Assembly: GCA_907165135.1 (NCBI GenBank)
Contig: OU015567.1
Location: 2,046,001 to 2,110,000 of the forward strand
Direction: 5' to 3'
Length of the DNA stretch: 64,000 nucleotides
Source of the DNA: Oikopleura dioica
Taxonomy: Eukaryota; Animalia; Chordata
Position numbers and translations under genes: made by a program. Below, piece by piece: positions 40,529 to 50,461 of the stretch; position 1 is the first letter of the stretch, and each line of letters begins with the position of its first letter. A model generated the notes under the pieces. The model was not told the DNA's origin, did not search any database, and was given only the letters and a program-made list of their open reading frames with translations.

Positions 40529-42594
40529 GGGGGTCCCTAACGATTTTTCCGAAAATGGCCATTTTCGACCGGCGTTCACGCCTACATAGATAGGTGTAAC
40601 GGTAGAAAAATGGGATTGATGACTAAGTTCGTGGGGACTAGGTTCGTGGGACTAGGTTCGTAGGTGGTTATGCCAAAGTATGCAAGATGGGGTATGGTTT
40701 CCTTTCTATAAGGAACAATGTGGTGCGACTAGGTTCGTGGGACTAGGTTCGTAGGGGTGCTAGGTTCGTGGGTTTTGAAATTAGAGATTTTTCTATAAGT
40801 ATTATAAGTATTATAAAAATTATAAATTTTTTATAAGGAACAATTGAGTGCGACTAGGTTCGTGGGACTAGGTTCGTGGGTTTTGAAATTTTTTTATAAG
40901 GAACAATTGAGTGCGACTAGGTTCGTGGGACTAGGTTCGTGAGTTTTGAAATTTTTTATAAGGAAAAGGAGGGTGCGACTAGGTTCGTGAGACTAGGTTC
41001 GTGGGTTTTGAAATTTTTTATAAGGAAAAGGGGGTGCGACTAGGTTCGTGGGACTAGGTTCGTGAAGACTAGGTTCGTGAAGACTAGGTTAGTGGGACTA
41101 GGTTCGTGGGACTAGGTTCGTGAAGACTAGGTTCGTGAAGACTAGGTTCGTGAGACTAGGTTCGTGGGACTAGGTTCGTGGGACTAGGTTCGTGGGTTGT
41201 AAAATTGGGTAAAGTTGAATGGTAAAAAATGACTTTCCCACCCCCACCCCCAAAATAAGCCGCTAGGCTCTTTAACTGAATTTCTATGTTAGCGCTGAAT
41301 AACAATGGTTGCCTTAGAATAGAAACCCACGAACCTAAACCCACGAACCTAGTCGTACCCCATTTTCCTTATAAAAATTTTTGAAAGCCACGAACCTAGT
41401 CCCACGAACCTAGTCGCACCTCCCTTTTCCTTATAAAAAATTTCAAAACCCACGAACCTAGTCTCACGAACCTAGTCGCACCCCACTTTTCCTTATAAAA
41501 ATTTCAAAACCCACGAACCTAGTCCCACGAACCTAGTCGCACATAATTTCTCCTTATAGAATAAAAATAATTACCCATTAAAAACTCACGAACCTAGTCC
41601 CACGAACCTAGTCGCACATATTTTTTCCTTATAGAATAAAAATTCTAACCAATCAAAAACCCCCGAACCAATATTTAGATAGCAATATTATATTATATGA
41701 TCATATAATTACAATACATATATATAAATATATATAAATAAATATATACATATAAATAACACTTAATCATTATAAATAAAAATATACATATAAAATCAAA
41801 AACTCACGAACCTAGTCCCACGAACCACGTTTTCCAGCCAGCCTCCCACGAACCTAGTCTCACGAACCTAGTCCCCACGAACTTAGTCATCCCACACAGA
41901 AAAATCGGCTCATCCTTATCTCTTTCTAAGCCTCTGTTTTTCTTTATTATGAATCGCCAGGTTCCAGCGATCATTTTGATTTTAGGACGGACCAATAGGA
42001 TGGAGTAATCACCCTCTTCCGAGCGCTAGATTTTACCATCAAAATGATCGCTTGAACCTGGCGATTCATAATAAAGAAAAAACCAGAGCCTTAGAAAGAG
42101 ATAAGGATGAGCTGATTTTTCTACCGTTACACCTATACATAGACTTATATTTTTCAGAAATTTTTTCACTAACAAGTTGATAAAACCTAGATCTAGTGAC
42201 TTCTTTAAAGTTCTAACACTAAACTAGTGACGCGTCTCTCAGTTTTCATTATTTTCAAAAAATGATTATGTACGATTAAATAAAAGAACGATTTTGGAAA
42301 TGTCAACGACGTTAATTGCCTAACCCATATTTTCGGGAATAAACAGAAAATTGAGCACATAGCCTTTCTAAAAATGTGCCATGTGCGACCCTTAGACAAC
42401 TGTAAAAGGGGTCGATCTTTTAATTTTGATGAAGATGCAGCAAAATTGGTCACTTTAAGATCGATTTCAGTCACTTTTTTGTACAAAAATAAAAAAAAAA
42501 GCTAGTGACCTTTTTTGCAGCTTTTTGCATGAGGAATTCAGATCTGAAGAGGAAAAAACCTAATTGGCAAAATCGAAAAATCGTTGGGGACCCC
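40529..42594. mobile_element. PIF/Harbinger (Tourist)-like MITE, interrupted by a nested hAT element
   Basis: TTA|gggggtccctaacgatttttcc ... gaaaaatcgttggggacccc|TTA. Confidence 0.7.
40591..42135. mobile_element. Non-autonomous hAT element with inverted arrays of a 14-15-bp subrepeat
   Basis: Perfect 20-bp TIR taggtgtaacggtagaaaaa / tttttctaccgttacaccta; 8-bp TSD tacataga at 40583-40590 and 42136-42143; gactaggttcgtgg arrays at 40620-41200, inverted at 41330-41890; no transposase ORF. Confidence 0.92.
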
Positions 42595-42705
42595 TTATGG
42601 TCCAATCTATAAGTAGAAGAGGAGTTTCTAAAAAATTCTTACTCTACTGAGCCTGAGGGCTGTTTGAAAAGGGTCAATTTTCCGAAAACTGCCCCACGTC
42701 TCCAT

Positions 42706-43620
42706 AAAACCCAAATTGGCTGTAGAAAAACAAAAATGATTATTGTTAGTTGTATAATTGCACTTATTGAAAGATAGATGCACAGATACAGAGTTAACAT
42801 CCACAGACCGAAATTTTATTGTTTTCGTAAAAATAGACACTGACGAAACATGGTAAGATTTGAACGGATTTTCTTCATAAAGGCGTTCGAGAAAATAGAC
42901 TTTTAGGATGTTCGACGCTTTTAAGTCAAAAACAGACTTCCTTGATGCCTTTTCTTTTCGAAAAGACTTCCTCTCAGTTCATTATTGTGGAATCTTTTAA
43001 AAATGAGTTCAGAGAGGAAGTCTTTTATCAAAGGAAAAAAATAGACACGCCTTGGTCAGTCGAATCTAGGTCAGTCTAAAACTTCCATTTCAAAATAGCA
43101 TATCCATTTGTCCCTGCTTCATTCAGCATCAAAGGAATGGTAGACGAAACTTTCTCCTGCAACACGCCTCCTAAAAACCAAAATTGGCTGAAGACAAATA
43201 CAAATTATTTTTTATAGTTGTTTAATTATACTTATTGAAAAATAAATGCACTGATACAGAGTTAACATGCACAGACCGAAATTTTTTTTTCGAAAAAAAT
43301 AGACATTTTCGAAATATGGTAAGATTTGAACGAATTTTCAGCATCAAGGCGTTCGAGAAAATAGACATTAAGGATGTTTGACGCTTTTAAGTCAAAAAAG
43401 CAGACTTCCTGGATGCCTTTTCTTTCCGAAAAGACTTCCTCTAAGTTCATTATTGTGAAATCTTTAAAAAATGAGTTCAGAGAGGAAGTCTTTTATCAAT
43501 GGAAAAAATAGACACGCCTTGGTCAGTCGAATCTAGGTCAGTCTAAAATTTCCATTTCAAAATAGCATTACAATTTGTCCCTGCTTCATTCAGCATCATA
43601 GCAACGGAAGACGAAAACTT
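42706..43620. repeat. Diverged tandem duplication, ~470-bp unit x2
   Basis: aaaac..aaattggctg...gatacagagttaacat..cacagaccgaaatt...gacacgccttggtcagtcgaatctagg...cttcattcagcatca occurs at ~42706-43150 and ~43175-43620. Confidence 0.85.
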
Positions 43621-44024
43621 CTGCCATAAAAGCGTTCTAAAAGGGTGCTCAAATTTTAACTTCCTTCCCTTATTCGCCGATTATTCTCCCTTCCTATCAC
43701 CAAATATGAGATTTATAAAAGCCTTGAAAGCTCCGTCATTTTCAGCATACTTCAGCAAAAAACCGAGATTTAAACAGCAGTCAAAAGTCGCGGTCCAAAG
43801 ATGATAGGAAATTACATTTCCCTTTTTTTAGCAGGGATCTAAGATCAAAAAGCATCGTCTCGATATTTCATACTGAGCAAAACAAGAAAATAATTTTCTT
43901 CCCATAATAAGTACATGCTCATAAGGGTGAAGCTTAGATAGGTGATCTTATTTTTTTGTCCACGCTTATCCAATTTTCGTAAGAATGCAAAATAAGGAAT
44001 TTTTGACGGCCTGTGTCGCCTTAA

Positions 44025-44403
44025 GGGGGTGGTGGTCGTAAATAAGGATTTCAGCCTAAAAACTCTATTCTTTTCAAAAAAAAAAAAATTTCTCATCTTA
44101 ATCTTTATAAATGAAAAAGGGTTGAAATTGTGTTGGCGGATTTGTTTGAGAAATAGATTTTAAGGGAATAATGACTAAATCGAGCGTCAAAGTCGACCTG
44201 AAATCGCGTTTTTACCTTTTTTTTTTGTAGATCTTTTCGGACTTTTGGTCATTCTTGGCCTCTGTCTGAAGCCAATGTGCTTGCAACGTGATTTTGACAC
44301 TACAAATGGATTTTTCAAGAGAAAAAATATCTTATTTTATCGAATCACTGTTAGTTTAAGCCGATAATAAAAAATCATTTTATAATTCTCGACCACCACC
44401 TCC
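44025..44403. mobile_element. PIF/Harbinger-like MITE
   Basis: TAA|gggggtggtggtcg ... cgaccaccacctcc|TAA; related ends at ~54170-54325. Confidence 0.75.
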
Positions 44404-44420
44404 TAAAATCACGTAAATCG

Positions 44421-46534
44421 ATGACCTTGGATACAGGTATGTCACAAAGATCGCCTTAATTTTTTCATGGTAAGCCTTGGAAAAAATTTTGGCGAAAAAC
44501 ATTAGTTCCAGTATTTTGTCATAGAGCTGCGCTGACTTTTTGAATTTTAAATCCCTGCTTCTTAGGAGTCATAGAAATGATGACGTTTGCGAATATTTTT
44601 TATGGGATTCCGTTCATCCAACGAATTTTTACGGGAGAAAAAGTGTTCATGAAAGAATACTGTTCTTTAGCTGAATTCGACGCTGGCGTTTACTGCTCAC
44701 AAGCGAGCGAAATGATTGGGACGATGTGGACGATCGGAACAATTTTCTCGTGCTCGGGACCGATTTTCTTTGGAAGCTTGCAGTCGCTCATTGGAAGTCA
44801 TTGGACAAGGTCAGTGGTTATTATTGCATTGCGAATCGCAAGTTAGGTATTGAAATCAGTCAAATTATCGGCCCCACGTGACCTCGACCAAAATTGATCA
44901 GCCAAATTTTAGAGTGATTGCAGGCTCCCTCACCTCCACAGGCCTTCTACTGATGTCGTTCTACCAATCAAGCGCTTATTTGCTTCTTATCGGGGTTACT
45001 TTCGTCGCCTTTCCCTCGATTTCATACATCATGCTCAACAGTTTCGTCGCTCCAGTTTACAAGTCCATCACTACGCCGTTGATCGTCATGATCCCAGGAT
45101 TAATTAACTCGTCTGCAACGTCGATGCTGGTGGCGAAAAAACTCCACGAAGTTGGATTGCCTCTCAACTCCTATTTTTTGATACTTTTTATCGCCTCGTC
45201 AGTGATTCATGTGAGAACCTATTTTTTTATCCCTTCTGTTCCGGAAAGGCTTTAAATCAAGATCATACCTCCTCAATATTTGCACTTATACGCCACATAA
45301 AGATTCCAAAAACACAAGACGATCTGGATAAGCCCGCAGGTATAAAAGAGCCGCCATTCGACATGATGAAAACTTCAATCGCGATGCAGCTTTTTTGTAA
45401 AAGAAAGGAGAGCGAAATCGAGGCGATTGAGGGAGCATCTACTGAAAAACGACCGCCCATAAAGGATCACTTGCCTCTTATGAAAAACCTAGTGTTTCCG
45501 ATCTATGGTGTTTACTATACTATCATTACTTTTAGAATAAATACAATCAAAGGCAAGCGTAATGCATTTTAGATTTTGAATGATGAGATGATTCAGGTTG
45601 GATGACTTCATGGATTCAACACGCATATAGATCACTTGACTGTGCTGATTTCAGTGACAGATTTACGGAAAACGAATGTCTTCAGGAAATCGAAAAATCA
45701 ATAACATTCCTTATCGACATCAATGGGTACACGTATTTCTTCCTCGCCGTAATTCCATTTTTCCCTGCATTTCTGATCAAATTTTTCGCCCGGCGATATC
45801 CAAGTGACTATCATTACGGAGAACTTCGAACCAAGGTTAAATAATGAAGAAAAACGAGACGCTAATTAACTTTCAGCTTCAAGCGCTGCTGATTCAAATG
45901 TCTTTTGTCATAATTGTCACAATTGCTTCCTCGATAATCATGACTCATCAGGCGACTGCACCAGACTCCTATGGCTAGGGATTTTCGAAAAATTTTGACT
46001 GATTGTCTTCGTTTTTCGGGATAATCCAGGATCCCGAAAACAGTCTTGCTTTGGTTCTAATTTTCTTTTCTCTTCTGATTGTGCCAATTCATTATTCGAC
46101 TCCATGGCTCGTTAGTTATTCAAATATTCGATAGTTTTGAACAAGTTAATTTAGCTCCTGTTTTCCTACTTTCCGACTCCGATGGTTCAATTTCTGTACG
46201 CTATATTGACGACTCCGATGATTTTTGTCAGTCTTGTCAACGACCCTCTTTACAAGCTGATACTAAGCGGACAGTCAAGCGCGGAACACTTTGATTTCGA
46301 AAAAAGTATTTTTCTCTTATTCTTAAAAAGCTCAAAAGTTCAGTTTCGTATGGAATGGCCGGCGCGTCAGGGATTTGCATCTTCGTCGTCATTTATCTTT
46401 TCTTTGACACAAAGAAATTCATTAAGAAGAAAGAAAAGGAAACTGACAACACGAAGACAATGATTATTGAGCCGAGAAACGATGCTCAAATTGGCGCAAA
46501 TAATCAAAATGAGCTTGAATTTATTCAAATATAA
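44421..46534 (+). CDS. SLC43A: SLC43-family (LAT3/LAT4/EEG1-like) MFS transporter
   Basis: (RKS)MTLDTG|VIEMMTFANIFYG resembles SLC43 TM1 (MACTAVLENLFFSAVLLGW). It is followed by CSQASEMIGTMWTIG, IVMIPGLINSSAT and multiple TM exons, with stop TAA at 46532-46534. The true start may be upstream (ATG 43985). Confidence 0.75.
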
Positions 46535-47747
46535 TTTTTGCGTAAATAATCAAATTAAGACATATTATTTTAGACCCTTTTTCCTTTTCATTGAATAAAT
46601 ATGCAAAAACACTCTTTTTTGTTTCGGACTTTTTAGTCAGAAGTATTTACAGGAAGCCAGCGAAAGCATGTGCAGTATCCCCAGCTGCAAAAATAGTGAG
46701 CACATTCTCGATTTGGTAACTCTTAAATATTGGTAAGGAGTCGTTAGAGTTTCAGACTACCTATTGATTACCTCTATTCTCTTCGGAGCGACGATCGTAG
46801 GACGGGCATCGTCTTCTTGTCAATTTTCCGCAGTCATGTATCGCGTGAGACTTCAATTTATCATTAGAAATCTTATTTTTTTTCTTCAAATCATTTTAAA
46901 ATTATCTATTTGGAGAGCGTTTTTTCCCAAAAATAACTCAAGATTTGAAGAAATGCAAATGAAACATAATTTGCTACACAAGGCATCAATCTCTCAATTC
47001 TTACCCTTTCGTACGGAGATGACATGGCCAGAGCAAAAAATAGAAAAATCTTCATTTCGCGAACTCAGCGTGATTTCAAATTAAGGCTTAACCGACTTGC
47101 CGAGAAGATCTTGAGCGACAGAATCGTTAACCGAAAATGTGGGTATTTTCTGTTGAACTTAATTTTTCGATTGTCTATTTTTCGAATGCGTTATTTAGGT
47201 TTATTTGGTCGCTTTTATCGTCATTTTTTCGCGTCTATTTTTTCGCGTCTATTTTATAAGGCATTCTAAACCTATCTTAGCTTCTGGTAATAAAACAAAA
47301 ACAATGAGTCTCGTTGATCGGAACCGGCCGCGGATTGCTCTGTTCGCTGGACAGAAAAAGACAAGAAAAATATAATCTTAATTTTAAACGAAAAAAAGCA
47401 TTAACTTTTCAAACATCGATTTTGGGCTGATACCCTTTGTCTTTTAGAAAATTTTAAATGTCTTATTAGCTTATACGACTATAGTTGGTTTGTGGTACCA
47501 AAAAAGTAACCCTGCTCGTCCGACTTTCAAAGATTTCAAACACGAATATCGAGCCAGATCGATGGTCCCTCTATTTTATAGTATACGGTACAATTATCCG
47601 AAGTCTATTTTTGAGAGCTTGAGAGATCAAATTTTATCAGTGGCGTCGTCTCTTTGGGCTGTAATAATTTAGCTTTATAAAAATGACACCGCAGCTTTTC
47701 GACTCATTTTTGTAATTGGCTTTCTCCGCCACATATTTTTATTCCAC

Positions 47748-48573
47748 ATGGGCAGCTGCAACTCGACGTTACCAAACACGGAGATAGAGAAACTCGAAGC
47801 AAAAACCCATTTTTCGAAAGCTGAGATTCTTCTCTGGCACAAGGGTTTTATGCAGGCACATCGATATAGGTCTTTTAATTGGGGTAGAGATATTTTTTAG
47901 GATTGCCCCGCCGGAGAATTAAGCAGAGAAGATTTTATCGACATCTACGCAAGCTTCTTCGAGAAGGGAGATGCTTGCGACTTTGCAAATATTATATTCA
48001 AGGAAAGACCCATTCGCCGCTTCTATCTTATAGCTTTTTTATTTTTTAGGTTTTTGATATAAACGGCGACGGAACGATCGATTTTGAAGAATTTCTCAGG
48101 TCTGGTTTCTTTTAGAAGTCTCCGTTTTTTCGAGAAGACTTGTCAAAAAGGACACGTAGACTCAGTTTCATAATTTCTAAAAAAATGAATTAGTGCTCTC
48201 TCGATCACTTCTAAAGGAACGATGGACGAGAAGCTCGAATGGGTAAGAGACGAGTTCGAGTTTTGGGGGTACTTTAGATGTTGTCTTAGGCGTTTCAAGT
48301 ATACGATGTTGACAACACGGGAACCATCAATCGTGAAAAAATGAAGCAAATTGTCAGGGCGATGATAACAATGGCAGGGGACAAAAATCCACAGGAGGAT
48401 GTTTACAAAAGGGTGGCGATGATTTACGACCTTATGGACAAGGCAAGACGAATTTACTTGTTCTCAGTTAAGAATATCCAATTAAGGACGGTAACGGCAT
48501 GCTTTCGAAAGAAGATTTCATTTCTGCTGCAAAACGTGGCGAAGGCATCATTCAGGCTCTTTCTTTCTTATAA
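47748..48573 (+). CDS. Neuronal calcium sensor family EF-hand protein (NCS-1/neurocalcin/hippocalcin-like)
   Basis: MGSCNS myristoylation-type start; THFSKAEILLWHKGFMQ|DCPAG; VFDINGDGTIDFEEF; GTMDEKLEW|AFQVYDVDNTG; MDK|DGNGMLSKEDF; includes GC-AG and GA-AG introns. Confidence 0.92.
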
Positions 48574-48707
48574 ATTGCATTTTTTTCTGTTGAACCTTTT
48601 CAATCATGATTTTCCGTTTATTTGATTCTTAAGTTTGAGTCAAATCTGCAAATATAAAATACCGAACAAATCTTTTTGAAAAATTTTTTGAGAAATTATT
48701 ATATTGT

Positions 48708-49856
48708 TCAGGAGCCCCTGTAAGTAGAGTAGGAAAAGGGAGTACAGAGAATTGGCACATGAAAATGCTCTTCAATTTGCTCTTTTTTGATTCGGAAGAC
48801 CATTTCTGGTCGACGGTAAAAAACTTCCCTTCCAGAGTAGTACTCGTCGGTGAAGAAAACGAGTTTGTAGAAGACATCCGCGTTGGCGTTGATTTTGCGG
48901 ATTTCTTCGTCGCCGAGGACTGCTGTGTCAGTTCGACCATCTGAATTGGTTCTCCTGAAAGCATAATTTTCAGCGTGAAAATAATTTTCCGGCAATCTTA
49001 CAGAGTACGGAGAGGAGTCCAGTTCGAAGCGACACCCTCTCCTTGATCAGTTTGGAAGAAAACATCGATTTTCATTCCAGAGCCGGGGCGGCCAGTGCTT
49101 AAGGGATCCCCTCCTAGATTTCGCAAACTTTGACGTCGAACTTATTTTTTCTGGGCTTAGCTTTTTAAATGGTATATGGCTCATTTTGAAGCCCGTTTCT
49201 CAGTGAACAAACTCTAGCACAGAAAAAAATTTTCATAAGGGGAAACACCTCGAAAAGCGGGCTGAATACATAGATAACACCATTTTGGCCTTTTTAAAAG
49301 TCGAACTAGTTTTTTTGCTCATTTAAAGAGCCCTAAATCAATTTTTATTTTCTTTGTTGATCCCTCATCTATAATCTCTTGTTCAGAGAAATCGTTTGGT
49401 CAAGTCAGAAAATTTTTTTCTTAAGAAAAATTTTGATGCTATTTTGGCCCTTTTCTGGCCTTCAGTTGCTCTCTGGCGCAGATATATGGTCAAAAATCCA
49501 AATGCGGTGATCAGATTCTTACTCAGTGCACTGTAAGCGTTCGAAAGACCTCTTGTACGGCTTTTTTCGATGACATCGAAAAGTCGATAAAAAATTGCGA
49601 TTTTAACGTTAAGTACAAATTTCATGCATTTTTTCGATTTTCGAGGGTCAATATTTTGGGTAAAGATGCTCGTTAGGGGGCCATATAATATATCAAAATG
49701 ATCCTCAGAGCACGGGGATTTTAAAAATGCCGCATAGACACCCGTCATAAAGACTCGGGAAATCGGGAAGGGATCCCTTAAATCGAGAACATGAGTAGTG
49801 ATCCCAGTCGCGTCTACTTTCCAAAAAATAGCGAAAAGCATCGCAAAAACCCTCAT
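48708..49856 (-). CDS. urah: 5-hydroxyisourate hydrolase (transthyretin-like protein), first exon interrupted by a MITE
   Basis: Reconstructed: MRVFAMLFAIFWKVDATGITTHVLDL|STGRPGSGMKIDVFF...WTPLRTL|RTNSDGR...YKLVFFTDEYY...HFHVPILCTPFSYSTYRGS*. Catalytic His (THV), Arg (DGR), His (HxH) and the YRGS terminus are all present. Confidence 0.92.
49103..49777. mobile_element. TTAA-flanked MITE (Kolobok-like termini; TA-TSD reading also possible) inside the HIU hydrolase coding exon
   Basis: TTAA (49099-49102)|gggatcccctcctagatttc ... gaaatcgggaagggatccc|TTAA (49778-49781). Confidence 0.9.
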
Positions 49857-50022
49857 TTTCGGATCTCTTTACGAGTGTTTTTGAATCACATCGTTCTTTC
49901 GGAAGCTTTAATTCTCACAAACACAAAAGCGTGCAAACATTCTTTAAGTTCCATTATAAAGAAGCGGAAGAGACATTTTTTATGGCAATACTCCGTTTTA
50001 CTTACGGGAATCTCCCACTTAA

Positions 50023-50404
50023 GGGGGAGATCGACGAGAATAAGAATTTTCAGAACAAATTGTCGGAAAAATCCGATTGTACAATTACATTTTGACTTCT
50101 CGGTTGGAATAAGAAGGGTATAAAGAATCTATCGGAAAAGAGTTTCGCGAGTCTTCGCAGAAAATTCGTGCACTTCTTCACCAAAAGGGTCCGAAAAAAA
50201 AGATAACTAAAAAATGGCCATTTGGGGTCCATTTTGAGACAAGTTTTCGACCATTTTTTCTGGTCAAAATATTTCCTTTTTTCGCCGATAGATTTTTTCA
50301 ACCCTATTTATTTCACCCGAAAAGTCCTAATTTTTCCAGAAAATCAGGTTTTCTCGGAATTTTGTTCCAAAAAATCCCGTTTCTCGTCGATTCCCCCTCC
50401 CTCC
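50023..50404. mobile_element. TTAA-flanked MITE, intergenic
   Basis: TTAA|gggggagatcgacgagaa ... ttctcgtcgattcccc..ctcc|TTAA. Confidence 0.75.
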
Positions 50405-50461
50405 TTAAGAGAGCAACAAATTTTTTAACCGAAAATATTAGCATTGGAATCACAAAAATTT

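Noticed and set aside
40620-41890. CRISPR-like array of GACTAGGTTCGTGG repeats
   Set aside because: Repeats are adjacent or separated by repeated rather than unique spacers, occur in both orientations and lie between hAT TIRs; no cas genes; eukaryotic context.
41156-41995. Small ORFs (MGLGSWV..., MVRPKIK...)
   Set aside because: They are translations of the tandem-repeat arrays.
44275-44350. First SLC43 exon MCLQRDFDTTNG...
   Set aside because: It lies inside the MITE and has no workable in-frame splice to TM1.
46667-46720. THAP domain (MCSIPSCKN)
   Set aside because: Only the first CxxxxC matches; the downstream THAP residues (FP, W, C..HF) could not be found in a consistent frame.
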